A program made the position numbers and the translations under genes. The notes beneath the pieces were generated by a model that did not search any database, was not told where the DNA came from, and saw nothing but the letters and a program-made list of their open reading frames with translations. 64,000 nucleotides of DNA from positions 2,400,001 through 2,464,000 of the forward strand of contig OZ218778.1 in the NCBI GenBank assembly GCA_965112635.1, given 5' to 3'. Below are positions 9,109 through 19,065 of the stretch, piece after piece (within the stretch, counting starts at the first letter, position 1; the number at the start of each line of letters is the position of its first letter). Source of the stretch: an uncultured bacterium (GTDB taxonomy: Bacteria; Oederibacteriota; Oederibacteriia; Oederibacteriales; Oederibacteriaceae).

Positions 9109-11469
9109 TCAAAATATCGGCCCCCCAAGGGCCAATAAAACTATAAACAAAACACTGGCCAACGAAATGATAACCCCCCATCTGAAAGAACTGGGCTGGT
9201 AAATGAATTGTATTTCATGCCGGCCTTTTTCCAAAAACACCCCGCGGAACAGATAATTCGCGGGGACGATCTTTGTTTCCCGGCCGTCCACAAAGGCTCT
9301 CCAGCCGGGATAATAAGCGTCGGTGAACATCAAAAATCCGGGTTTATTAATTTTAGCCCGGATGACCGCTCTTTGCGAGCCATACTCAGCCAGGTCTTGC
9401 GGCTGAGCCGCCACAGGCTTTTTATTACTATTGATCAGGTCAACGAGCTGCTGGGTATCCCCCGCTACATCTTTCAGCGTTATCACTGCGCTGTGCCAGG
9501 GGTCGAACTTGGGCTCTTTTAGAATTTTGAGCGCCTCCGGCCCGTCCTTGGCCAAAGTAACATGCTCAAAAACACAGGCTCTCGGCAAACATCTCGGAGC
9601 CTCAAATATTTTGACCTCCTGGTCATAGACCTGTCTTAAGTTGGGCAAGCCCTTGGTTTGCGCGGGCCCGGCTTTTCTGAGGTCGTGTTCAGCCATCAGG
9701 TAACGGACCGAAGACAGTTCCAGGAACCGGGTCTCAGAGCCTGGCTCCCGTAAAAAATTGTTCATGAAATCCATATAACGGTTGGTGTAAAAAGCCTCCA
9801 GCAAACGCACGTCTTCCAGGCCGAACACGCCCGCCCAGTTGGGATTTAAAATATTGTCCTGGCCGAAAACACGGCTGTGGTCCTTGGTATGGGCCTGTAA
9901 AAACCCTATAAAAGGAGCGCCTTGATAGGGGTCTTGCCAGGCCAAAGGAAGCTTATCCGGCAGGTAAAAACAGGGGTAAAGAAAATTGAAGAACATCTCT
10001 GCCATGAGAAGGATGATAAAGACAGCGCCAAGAACGACCGGCCTTTTGCGCAAAAGGAAATACAGGCCCCCTGTGATTAGAATAAGGACGATCCCTAGCC
10101 CTAAATTCGCGTAAAAAAGGCTGCCTCTCCAGCTCGCTTCTTCAAAAAACCCTATAAAGAAAAATCCTGAGGCAAGGAATGCTATAAGAAAAAGTCCCAG
10201 GACCAGGCCCACTTGCCTGGAAGGGATGGTCTGCCGGCGAAGGGCGAACAGCCCGGCGCCGGCCAGTAAAGCCAAACCGAACTCTAAAAGCGGCTCCTGG
10301 TACTTTTGGAAAATGACCAGATTTAGGATAGGCAACCGGCCCAGCCACTGCGCGGGCGGGATGCCGTATCTTTTCAGGAGCATGAGGACACTGCAGACCG
10401 CTAGAAAAAGCACGAGCCAAAACAGGTTTTTGGTTTGGCGCGGCCGTCCCAGTAAAAGCAGGCTCAAAAAGGCGAACAAAGCGACCAGGATGCCCGTGTA
10501 ACCCCGGATAAAGGTGATGCCCAGGACTGGATTCTCATAGGTCGGCCCAAATATGAAAGGAAGCAGATAAGTGATGGCAAAACAAAACCCCTTGTCCTTG
10601 GTCAGGCCCGGGAGGTTTCCCTGTGCGTTCGCGTTCCGGTGCAGGTCATAGGACTGCCTTAACAATTCGAAAAATGGGACCAGCAGGATGGCCGCCAAAC
10701 CTAGACCCAGGACCACAGCCAGCCCTAAACCCAGGCTCAATCTTGTTCTTTGGCCGGAAAAAGTCCTGTCCGTGAATAAACGGTAAAAAAAATACATCAT
10801 GCCGAATCCAAGGACCAACAGGGCCGACTCCGGCATGCCTCCCGCCATGATGAGAAAAACAGTGATGGACAGGATGGGGAGGTTTTTCCTATCCCTCACC
10901 CGCAGCATCCTCTCCAATCCCCAGAAATAGGCCGGAAGCAGGACTTCCACGCTCAGGTGCGGCATATTAAGGAAAAGGATGTAGTAGCCGCAGAACATAA
11001 AAGCAATGGCGGAAAAGAGCGCGGACATCCTGTCCAGAAAATACGCCGCGAATAAATAGGTGAAAAAACCGGCGATCAAAAGCCTCAAGAGCAGGAACAG
11101 GTTGTAGGTATAGGGAGTGCAATCAGCGGACAAGAGCATGACCAACGGGTTAAAAGGCTGGGATTGCATATCCGCGGCCAGCGGGCTCCCAAAACCGTTA
11201 TAAGGATTCCAGAGCGGAAAAACATGTTCCTTCCACCATTGCCGCCCCACTACTTTTAAGAGCGGCTCCGTGAAGTTTGCCGGAGAAATATCGTCGGGAG
11301 TCCGGTGAAAAGGCGAAGGGAGAATATCTTTCCCGTAAGCGCCTTGGGCTAGGATGCTGGGAGCGTCATTGACGCTCAAGAGCAGGGTGCGCCGGCCTGT
11401 CACCGCGGGAAAGAAAAAAACGCATAATATCAGAATAAGGAAGAGGAGGGCCTTGAGCGGTGACTTCAC
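9109..11469 (-). CDS. YfhO family (GT-C fold) membrane glycosyltransferase-like protein
   Basis: PLWNPYNGFGSPLAAD; many TM helices; C-terminal DAYYPGWRAFVDG...ANYLFRGV. Confidence 0.85.
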   Translation of the reverse strand: MKSPLKALLFLILILCVFFFPAVTGRRTLLLSVNDAPSILAQGAYGKDILPSPFHRTPDDISPANFTEPLLKVVGRQWWKEHVFPLWNPYNGFGSPLAADMQSQPFNPLVMLLSADCTPYTYNLFLLLRLLIAGFFTYLFAAYFLDRMSALFSAIAFMFCGYYILFLNMPHLSVEVLLPAYFWGLERMLRVRDRKNLPILSITVFLIMAGGMPESALLVLGFGMMYFFYRLFTDRTFSGQRTRLSLGLGLAVVLGLGLAAILLVPFFELLRQSYDLHRNANAQGNLPGLTKDKGFCFAITYLLPFIFGPTYENPVLGITFIRGYTGILVALFAFLSLLLLGRPRQTKNLFWLVLFLAVCSVLMLLKRYGIPPAQWLGRLPILNLVIFQKYQEPLLEFGLALLAGAGLFALRRQTIPSRQVGLVLGLFLIAFLASGFFFIGFFEEASWRGSLFYANLGLGIVLILITGGLYFLLRKRPVVLGAVFIILLMAEMFFNFLYPCFYLPDKLPLAWQDPYQGAPFIGFLQAHTKDHSRVFGQDNILNPNWAGVFGLEDVRLLEAFYTNRYMDFMNNFLREPGSETRFLELSSVRYLMAEHDLRKAGPAQTKGLPNLRQVYDQEVKIFEAPRCLPRACVFEHVTLAKDGPEALKILKEPKFDPWHSAVITLKDVAGDTQQLVDLINSNKKPVAAQPQDLAEYGSQRAVIRAKINKPGFLMFTDAYYPGWRAFVDGRETKIVPANYLFRGVFLEKGRHEIQFIYQPSSFRWGVIISLASVLFIVLLALGGPIF

Positions 11470-12884
11470 TTGTCTTTTTTCCGTGTTCCCTGGCCTTCAG
11501 GACCAAGGCCCGGGCAATGTCCGCAAACGCAAAGCTGGCGTAAATAAGAGAAGGAGTAGATGCCCATGGTATGCCCGTCGCTGAACTTGAACTGCAGGCC
11601 GTAGCGTCCGGTCGGGCTCACCTCAAGAACCGTGACTTTTTGAGGCAGGTCCTGTTCCTTTAACAGACGCTGGCCGGTCATTTCATCCACGCAGCCGGCG
11701 CACGGGCACAGGAACCGCAATCGCCGCGCCTGGTAGGTGCTTTCGTGGCCGTCGCTCCATTTGATCATCAACTGGCCCTCGTCATCGCCTTTGACTTCCA
11801 CCGGGAAGACCGTGACTTTGCTGGTCTCGATGTTGACTTTGCTGGCCTGGCTGGCCAGCCGGCCGGCAGCCTCCTGAAAGGCGCTGGCCGCTTGGGACTT
11901 TTTACCGGACCCGACAAGCGGTTTGCCCTGGTCGCCGGAAAGCACCAGACCGGGGTCCAGGGGAATTTCACCCAAAAACGGGATGCCCATGTTCTGGCAG
12001 GCCTTGGAAACTCCGCCATGACTGAAAATATCGCTCCTGGCCTGGCAGTGGGGACACACAAAATAGCTCATGTTCTCGAGCAGTCCGAGGATAGGCACCT
12101 TGACCTGCTGGAACATCCGGATGCCCTTGCGGGCGATATTTAAAGCGGCGTCCTGGGGAGTGCTGACGACCACCGCGCCGGTCAAAGGAACGGACTGGCA
12201 CAAGGTCAGCTGGATGTCCCCGGTTCCCGGAGGAAGGTCAATGAGCAGGTAGTCCAGCTCGCCCCATTCCACTTTGGCCAGAAAATCCTGGATGACCCGG
12301 CTGGCCAGCGGTCCCCGCCAGACCACGGGCGTATCCGCGTCAGTCAAAAACCCCATGGAAATGACCTTAACCCCGAAAGCAAGCACGGGTTTCATCCTGC
12401 CGTCGTCCATGATCTCCGGCTGGGCTTTGGTCAAACCCATCATCAGAGGGATGCTGGGGCCGTAAACATCCGCGTCCAACAGTCCCACCTTCGCCCCGGT
12501 TTGCTGGAGGGCCAGGGCCAGATTGACGCTGGTCGTGGATTTACCCACTCCCCCTTTGCCGCTGGCCACGGCGATCACATTTTTCACACCGGATAAAAGT
12601 TCTTCTTTGGAGGATGTCGAGGAGCCCTGGCGGACCCGCGCGGTCAGCCGGACATCCACTTCTTTGACGCCCGGGAGGTTGAGCACGGCTTTCCGGCTTT
12701 GCGACTGGAAGAGTTCCCTGATGGGGCAGGCGGGGGTGGTCAGCTCCAAATCAAAACTGACCTTGCCTCCCTCGATCTTGATATTCTTGACAAAACCAAG
12801 GCTCACGATATCGCGGCCTAGGTCCGGGTCCACGATGCTCTTTAGCGCTCCTAAGACATCCCGTTCATTTATGCCTGCCATCAC
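11466..12884 (-). CDS. apbC: Mrp/NBP35/ApbC Fe-S cluster carrier with N-terminal DUF59 and C-terminal DUF971 domains
   Basis: DPDL..DIV..G/LTTPACP; ASGKGGVGKS; DLPPGTGD; ENMS..CPHC; C-terminal CPCAGC...FSDGH..GIY. Confidence 0.92.
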   Translation of the reverse strand: MMAGINERDVLGALKSIVDPDLGRDIVSLGFVKNIKIEGGKVSFDLELTTPACPIRELFQSQSRKAVLNLPGVKEVDVRLTARVRQGSSTSSKEELLSGVKNVIAVASGKGGVGKSTTSVNLALALQQTGAKVGLLDADVYGPSIPLMMGLTKAQPEIMDDGRMKPVLAFGVKVISMGFLTDADTPVVWRGPLASRVIQDFLAKVEWGELDYLLIDLPPGTGDIQLTLCQSVPLTGAVVVSTPQDAALNIARKGIRMFQQVKVPILGLLENMSYFVCPHCQARSDIFSHGGVSKACQNMGIPFLGEIPLDPGLVLSGDQGKPLVGSGKKSQAASAFQEAAGRLASQASKVNIETSKVTVFPVEVKGDDEGQLMIKWSDGHESTYQARRLRFLCPCAGCVDEMTGQRLLKEQDLPQKVTVLEVSPTGRYGLQFKFSDGHTMGIYSFSYLRQLCVCGHCPGLGPEGQGTRKKDK

Positions 12885-12893
12885 CCACCCGCA

Positions 12894-14369
12894 CTAAAAC
12901 GGATTTTCATTCTTGTAATAGGTACCTTTGGGCAGGTTGAAATACACGTCCTTGACTCCCAGCATCTTGACCGCGCTGAATAGCGTCTTGGCAATATGCT
13001 GGAAACCCACGGCGGTGTGGTGCGGGAAATGCTGGCCGATCAGGATATGTCTGTAAAAGCGGCCCATTTCCTTGACGGCGAATACGCCGATACCGCCGAA
13101 CGACTGCGGCTCAATGTCCAAAACCTCTCCTTGGGCCATGTAGCTTTTGAGAGTGGTATCCGCCGTGGACTGCAGCCTGAAGATGGTGATGTCTCCGGCC
13201 TTGATCCTGCCCTCCAGGGTTCCCCGGGTGATCTGGGGGTCTTTGCCCGGCTCCATCAGACGGTGCATGATGAGCTGGTATTTCAGGGAGCAATTGGCCA
13301 TGCAACTGGAAGGCGTATTGCCGCAGTGAAAACCCATGAACAGGTCGGTAGGACCGTATCCTTTGACTTTTTTACCGGCTTTTTGGGCCATATCACTGGG
13401 CACGGTGTTGTTGATGTCCAGTAAGGTGGCCGGTTGGAATGTCGCCAGGGTGGCCATATACTGGCTCAAGGCCCCGTAAATATCAACTTCGCAAGCCACC
13501 GGGATGCCCTTTTGGGCCATCCTGGAATTGACATAGCAGGGGACAAAAGTGAAATACTTTTCAAAAGAAGGCCAGCACTTGTTGGCAAAGATGCCGAATT
13601 CCGAGGCGCCCAGGTTCTTATCCATAAAATTGGTCAATCCCACTTCGTACTGGGCGAGTTTCTTCAACATGTCGGGATAAGTATTTCCCCTGCCCAGCTC
13701 TTTGGCCATTTCCTTGGCCACGCTGTCGATCTTCGGGTCTTTGGCCGCCGACTGGCACACGTCATAAAGGTCCAGCTCGCTGTTCTCCATGACCTCGATC
13801 TTCAGGTCATAAAGGGGCTTGATAGGAGCGTTGCAAGCCAGGAAATCCTGGGGTCTGGGACCGAAAGCGAATATCTTGAGCTTGGAAAGCCCCAAAATGA
13901 CCCTGGCCACCGGGATGAACCCGCTGATCATCCCCGCGACTTCAGACGCGGTGCCCAAGGGGTATTCTGGGATATAAGGGAGGAGATGCCTCAGGTTAAA
14001 ATTGTAGGAGGCATTGAGCATACCGCAGTAAGCGTCTCCCCTGCCGTTGATCAGGTCTTTGCCCGACTCTTCCGCCGCCGCGCAAAGCATGACCGGCCCC
14101 CCGAACTTCTGGGCCAGCATGGAGGTGGGGCCTTCGGGCCCGAAATTTCCCAGGTAAATGACCAGGCCGTTGATACCCTGGGCCTTGATCTCTCCCAGTG
14201 CTTTCAGGACATCGCTCTCGTTCTCAATGACGGTTTTTATCTCACTGACGCCGACCTTTTGCTTGGCGCATTCTTCCAGCACCCTCTTTTTTCTGTTTTT
14301 GGACAGCTCAATGGGGAAACAATCCCGGCTCACCGCCACCAGACCTAACCTGACTTCAGGCAACTTCAT
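12894..14369 (-). CDS. L-fucose/L-arabinose isomerase family protein
   Basis: GNFGPE, RGDAYCG, CEVDIYG, GFHCGN and HFPHH motifs; adjacent to ribulokinase. Confidence 0.8.
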   Translation of the reverse strand: MKLPEVRLGLVAVSRDCFPIELSKNRKKRVLEECAKQKVGVSEIKTVIENESDVLKALGEIKAQGINGLVIYLGNFGPEGPTSMLAQKFGGPVMLCAAAEESGKDLINGRGDAYCGMLNASYNFNLRHLLPYIPEYPLGTASEVAGMISGFIPVARVILGLSKLKIFAFGPRPQDFLACNAPIKPLYDLKIEVMENSELDLYDVCQSAAKDPKIDSVAKEMAKELGRGNTYPDMLKKLAQYEVGLTNFMDKNLGASEFGIFANKCWPSFEKYFTFVPCYVNSRMAQKGIPVACEVDIYGALSQYMATLATFQPATLLDINNTVPSDMAQKAGKKVKGYGPTDLFMGFHCGNTPSSCMANCSLKYQLIMHRLMEPGKDPQITRGTLEGRIKAGDITIFRLQSTADTTLKSYMAQGEVLDIEPQSFGGIGVFAVKEMGRFYRHILIGQHFPHHTAVGFQHIAKTLFSAVKMLGVKDVYFNLPKGTYYKNENPF

Positions 14370-14385
14370 AGCTTCCTCCTTTTTA

Positions 14386-16062
14386 TTATTGATTGACTTC
14401 GTTTTTGATCTTTAAAAGGTCCTTCATGACATGATAAAGGCTCCCCTTGAAATCCGGAGTGCCGAACGCGTCATGCAGTTCCCTGTATAGCTTGAATAAA
14501 CGGTCGTATATTTTTTGGTTCTCGGGTTTAGGCGCGTAAGAAACCTTTTTGAGCCCGCACATGGCCGACTGGGCCTGTTCTACGCTTTGAAAACCGCTTT
14601 TTGCCGGCCCGGCGCTCACCGCCCCGAACAGGGCCGCGCCCAGGGCGCAGGTCTGCGAAGAACGGGAGACCCTCATGGGCCTGCCAAACACATCCGCGTA
14701 GATCTGCATTAAAAAGGAGTTTTTCTCGGCGATACCGCCGCAATTGATGATCTCGTTCACTTTGACCCCGTACTTTTCGAACTGGTCAATGATGACCCTG
14801 GCTCCGTAAGCCGTGGCCTCGATCAAAGCCCGGTAAATCTCGTCCTGAGTGGTGTGCAAGGTCTGTCCTAACAATAATCCCGACAGCTGGGCATCCACCA
14901 AAATAGTCCTGTTGCCGTTATTCCAATCCAGGGCCAATAACCCATTTTGGCCGGGTTTAGTCTTGGCGGCTTTTTTGGTCAAGGCCTCATGCGACAAAGA
15001 GGACTGGTGCATGACGAACCAGTTAAAGATGTCTCCCACAGCCGACTGGCCGGCCTCCAGACCGTAGTAACCCGGTAGGATCGAGCCGTCCACGATACCG
15101 CATAATCCCGGAATGTCTCCCAGCCTGTTCATGTTGGGCGCCACCATGGTGTCGCAGGTAGAGGTGCCGATAATCTTGACCAAAGCGCCGGGCTTGATGC
15201 CCGCTCCCACAGCGCCCATATGGGCGTCAAAAGCGCCGACACTGACCGCCGTGTCCTGCCTGAGGCCGAACATTTTGGCGTACCGGGGAGTGATCGTCCC
15301 GGCCTTTACATCAGAGGTATAAGTAGTGGAAAAAAGCCTTTCCCTGAGAGCCCCTAATTCGGGGTCCAAGGCGGATAAAAATTCCCTGCTGGGAAGTCCG
15401 CCCCACTGGGGATTGAACATGGCCTTGTGCCCCGCGGCGCACACTCCCCTTTTCATGGTCAAGGGGTCCTGTAATCCCGTAAGCACACCCGGGACAAAAT
15501 CCGCCAGCTCCACCCAGCTGTAGGCTGCCTGGAAAACCTTGGGCGCCACGCGCCGGCAGTGGAGGATCTTGGAAAAGAACCATTCTGAGGAGTACGAGCC
15601 GCCGCATTTGGCCAGATAAGGCTCGTTGCGCTTCTTGGCTAACTCGGTGATCTCCGCAGCTTCAGCATAGCCGGTATGGTCTTTCCAAAGCCAGGCCAGG
15701 GCGTTGGGCTCATTCTTGAACTCCTTATGGAAGGCCAGAGGCTGGCCTTGCTGGTCAACGGGGATGGGCGTGCTGCCTGTGGTATCCACGCCGATTCCTA
15801 TCACTTGGTCCCGTCGGAAACCCTTGTGTGTCTCAGCCTGTTTGAGCGCTTTTCGGGCGGCTACTTCCATGCCTTTGACATAATCGGCCGGATGCTGCCT
15901 GGCTAAGAGATTGTTCTTTTTATCCAGGATGATCCCATGTTCGCCTTTTTCGTAATTGAAAATATGGGTGCCTATTTCCTGTCCGTTCCCGATATCCACG
16001 ACCAAAGCCCTTACGGAATTGGTCCCGTAATCCAGACCTAGCGCGTATTTAGCCTCACCCAT
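14386..16062 (-). CDS. araB: Ribulokinase (FGGY family)
   Basis: GLDYGTNSVRA, GVDTTGST, LWKDH, AAGHKA, EAGQSAVGD and LDWNNGNR motifs. Confidence 0.92.
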   Translation of the reverse strand: MGEAKYALGLDYGTNSVRALVVDIGNGQEIGTHIFNYEKGEHGIILDKKNNLLARQHPADYVKGMEVAARKALKQAETHKGFRRDQVIGIGVDTTGSTPIPVDQQGQPLAFHKEFKNEPNALAWLWKDHTGYAEAAEITELAKKRNEPYLAKCGGSYSSEWFFSKILHCRRVAPKVFQAAYSWVELADFVPGVLTGLQDPLTMKRGVCAAGHKAMFNPQWGGLPSREFLSALDPELGALRERLFSTTYTSDVKAGTITPRYAKMFGLRQDTAVSVGAFDAHMGAVGAGIKPGALVKIIGTSTCDTMVAPNMNRLGDIPGLCGIVDGSILPGYYGLEAGQSAVGDIFNWFVMHQSSLSHEALTKKAAKTKPGQNGLLALDWNNGNRTILVDAQLSGLLLGQTLHTTQDEIYRALIEATAYGARVIIDQFEKYGVKVNEIINCGGIAEKNSFLMQIYADVFGRPMRVSRSSQTCALGAALFGAVSAGPAKSGFQSVEQAQSAMCGLKKVSYAPKPENQKIYDRLFKLYRELHDAFGTPDFKGSLYHVMKDLLKIKNEVNQ

Positions 16063-16077
16063 TGCTATCTCCTTTCA

Positions 16078-17109
16078 TCATAATTCAATAACGGCCTTGA
16101 TCACGCCGTCCCGGTATTTTTCAACCAGCTTGAACCCTTGCTCTATTTGGTCCAGGGGAAAACGATGGGTTATTATATCTTTAATTTCGACTTTTCCAGA
16201 AGAAATATCCTTGATGCATCGGGGATAATTGTTCTTATAACGGCGCACGCATTTTATGACCAGTTCTTTGCGCCGCGAAATATGGGCCGGGATTTCTATA
16301 TTATCCACCTGCGGTATCCCTATCCACACTACCCTGCCGCCGACCCTCGCTATCTCGACTGCCTGCCCCAAAGTTTCTCTGGCGCCGGCTGCCTCAAAAA
16401 CTACGTCTACGCCACGCTTGCGGGTCAACCTGCTGATCTCTTTAAAAAGATCCTGGGTGGGCGGATGGATCGCCGTGACTTCCGTATATTTGCTCACGAA
16501 ATCCAAGCGTTCTTTGATCAGATCTATGGCAAATATTTGTTTTACACCGGCCAGCCTGGCTGCTTTTAAAGTAGAAATACCGATCGGCCCGCATCCGATT
16601 ATGGCGATAGATTCACCCTTTTTCAGCCCGGCCAGCTCGACCGCATAGTCGCCCACCGCATAGGTTTCCACCAAACCCGCCTCGTCAAAACTCATGTTTT
16701 CAGGGACCGGGAATAGACAATGCGTCGGCCAAGCCAGAAACTCCCGGAAAGCCCCGTGGTAAGGAGGCGTTCCCAGGAATTTAACATCCGGGCAGATGTT
16801 ATATCGTCCCGACTTGCAGTGTTCGCATTTGCCGCAAGGCACTCCGGGCTCAACAGCCACTCGCATTCCCGGCGCAAGCCTCGCGACTTCTTTTCCCACG
16901 CTGACCACGATACCGCTGGGCTCATGTCCCAGGATATGCGGACCCCGGACCACCTGATTGCCGATCCGGCCATGCCTGAAATAGTGCACGTCGGATCCGC
17001 AAATACCTACGGATTTGATCTGGACCAGTGCTTCATGCTCCAGGAGCTTTGGTTTTTCCATCTCCTCAATTTTTATCTTTTTAATGCCCCGCAGGACAGC
17101 CGCTCGCAT
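16078..17109 (-). CDS. Zn-dependent NAD(P) polyol/sorbitol dehydrogenase family protein
   Basis: GICGSDVH, GHE.SG, structural Zn CGKCEHC...C, GCGPIG nucleotide-binding motif. Confidence 0.88.
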   Translation of the reverse strand: MRAAVLRGIKKIKIEEMEKPKLLEHEALVQIKSVGICGSDVHYFRHGRIGNQVVRGPHILGHEPSGIVVSVGKEVARLAPGMRVAVEPGVPCGKCEHCKSGRYNICPDVKFLGTPPYHGAFREFLAWPTHCLFPVPENMSFDEAGLVETYAVGDYAVELAGLKKGESIAIIGCGPIGISTLKAARLAGVKQIFAIDLIKERLDFVSKYTEVTAIHPPTQDLFKEISRLTRKRGVDVVFEAAGARETLGQAVEIARVGGRVVWIGIPQVDNIEIPAHISRRKELVIKCVRRYKNNYPRCIKDISSGKVEIKDIITHRFPLDQIEQGFKLVEKYRDGVIKAVIEL

Positions 17110-17215
17110 ACTTTTGTATCAATCTCCCTTTCACTTGGGCTATAATTATTTTTAATAGTGTAACCCTGAACCACATGTTTTTTCTACTATCTAATTATCA
17201 GGAAAGGAGCCAGTC

Positions 17216-18229
17216 GTGACCAAGCGGGATGTGGTCAAGATGGCCCTGGACTTCAAAAAACCTCCCTATGTCCCCTGGGAATTCGGTTTCACCCAGGAAG
17301 CAATGGAAAAACTCATTCAACATTGCGGCAAAAATGGTCTGGAAGGTCTTCTACAAAACCATCTCCTGTACCTGGGCAACGACATCGGATATGTTACTCC
17401 TGTGGACAACGGCCGCTTCAGGGATATTTTTGGGGTGGTCTGGGACCGCAGCATAGATAAAGATATCGGGGTCGTGAAAAACTGCGTTTTACCTGAGCCG
17501 ACCCTCAAAGACCTCAAACTCCCGGACCCCGTGAACCCTACGTTCTTTAAGGATATTCCCAGGGCGATCAAAGAAAACGGCGACTGCTTCCGTATGTTCG
17601 CCATAGGTTTCTCGCTTTACGAAAGGGCCTGGACACTGCGGGGCATGGAAAATCTGATGATGGATTTTCACGATAACCCCGGGTTTGTCCATGACCTTCT
17701 GAATACCATCGCTGACTATAATATCACCCAGTTCAAGGAAGCTATGAAATATGACATCGACGCGGTGAAATTCGGGGACGACTGGGGCCAGCAGCGCGGC
17801 CTGCAAATGGGCCCGAAGCTGTGGCGCGAGTTCATCTATCCTGTCTTGAAAAGGATGTATGGCGAAGTAAAAAAGGCCGGTAAGTATGTGATCATACATT
17901 CCTGCGGCGATGTGGATGAAATTTTTGACGATCTGGTCGGCATCGGGCTGAATTGCTTCAACCCCTTCCAGCCTGAAGTCATGGACACGGACATGCTCAT
18001 GAAAAAATATTTCGGGAAGCTGGCCTTTTTTGGCGGCCTGTCCACCCAAAAAACCCTGCCCTTCGGGACTGCGGAGGATGTGCGCTGCGAAACCCTACAC
18101 CTGCTGGAAATGGGGTCCCGGAGCGGATATATTTTCGCTCCGGCCCATGCCGTTGAAGGCGATGTGCCCTTGGAGAACATGCTGGCCTTTATCGAACTCG
18201 CCAAACAGCAAAAAAATTTCAGATCTTAA
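17216..18229 (+). CDS. Uroporphyrinogen decarboxylase (URO-D/MtaA-CmuA-like) family protein
   Basis: LRGMENLMMD, GDDWG, HSCG and GYIFAPAH motifs; AGGAG SD before the GTG. Confidence 0.85.
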   Translation: MTKRDVVKMALDFKKPPYVPWEFGFTQEAMEKLIQHCGKNGLEGLLQNHLLYLGNDIGYVTPVDNGRFRDIFGVVWDRSIDKDIGVVKNCVLPEPTLKDLKLPDPVNPTFFKDIPRAIKENGDCFRMFAIGFSLYERAWTLRGMENLMMDFHDNPGFVHDLLNTIADYNITQFKEAMKYDIDAVKFGDDWGQQRGLQMGPKLWREFIYPVLKRMYGEVKKAGKYVIIHSCGDVDEIFDDLVGIGLNCFNPFQPEVMDTDMLMKKYFGKLAFFGGLSTQKTLPFGTAEDVRCETLHLLEMGSRSGYIFAPAHAVEGDVPLENMLAFIELAKQQKNFRS

Positions 18230-18235
18230 TAAAAA

Positions 18236-18310
18236 TGGTGCGCCTGGGAGGAATTGAACCTCTACGGGTGGCTTCGGAGGCCACTGCTCTATCCGTTGAG
18301 CTACAGGCGC
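18236..18310 (-). tRNA. tRNA-Arg(CCG)
   Basis: GCGCCTG...CAGGCGC-A-CCA; anticodon arm GTGGC CT CCG AA GCCAC. Confidence 0.95.
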
Positions 18311-18640
18311 ATTGGCGCAACTTAAATAATGCGATTCCACTCAAGGCGCCCTGTGTCGTAACAGCCTTACGACGCAGGCGCAATTGCATTTTGCAAAGCA
18401 AAAATATAATAAAGCGTTTCAATACAATTGCAAACGCATCAAACAGCCGTTCGATGCAGGCGCATGTGATGTTTCATCATACAAAAGCGTAAAATTTTTA
18501 TCAAATCAATAAACAAAATTTGCTTTTTGCAATTGCCATTTACAATGTTAATTTTGCAGCCTTTCCAATGATATTCTAATGTTTCTCCATAATTATTAGT
18601 ATCGAATAAGCCTCAACTCTATACATCACATGGAAAAAAG

Positions 18641-18668
18641 TTGCAAACTATTATTTTTTCGGTATGAT
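18641..18668 (+). promoter_or_regulatory. Putative sigma-70 promoter of cspA
   Basis: TTGCAA-N16-TATGAT about 100 bp upstream of the ATG, implying a long 5' UTR. Confidence 0.5.
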
Positions 18669-18765
18669 ATTCCCCATATTCTATGTTGCTGTGCCGTTCC
18701 AAATCAGCAAGTGGTTTGTGTTGAACACGGAACAAAGCAACAATATCAGAAAGGAGATAGTTGTA

Positions 18766-18966
18766 ATGGCTAAAGGTACAGTAAAGTGGTTTAACGAAAA
18801 GAAAGGGTACGGTTTTATCACCCCTGAAGAAGGGAATGATGTATTCGTACATTTTTCGGGGATCAAGGGCGACGGTTTTAAGACCCTTCCCGAAGGAGCC
18901 CAGGTTGAGTTTGATATCACCGAAGGTTCCAAAGGACCACAAGCGATCAACGTAGTGAAACTCTAA
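18766..18966 (+). CDS. cspA: Cold-shock protein
   Basis: [18 protein letters not shown]...DVFVHFS; AAGGAG SD; true start lies inside the 18664 ORF. Confidence 0.97.
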   Translation: MAKGTVKWFNEKKGYGFITPEEGNDVFVHFSGIKGDGFKTLPEGAQVEFDITEGSKGPQAINVVKL

Positions 18967-18985
18967 ACAACAAAAGAAAACTAAT

Positions 18986-19020
18986 AAAGCCCCTGGGAAC
19001 TTGCACCAGGGGCTTTTTTT
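18986..19020 (+). terminator. Rho-independent terminator after cspA
   Basis: AAAGCCCCTGG-loop-CCAGGGGCTTTTTTT. Confidence 0.9.
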
Positions 19021-19065
19021 ATTTAAAAATTTCTTTTAGAACCTTAATTTTGTTCTGCTCAAATT

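Noticed and set aside
18619-18950. ORFs antisense to cspA and ORFs overlapping tRNAs
   Set aside because: Typical artefacts of conserved cspA and tRNA sequence
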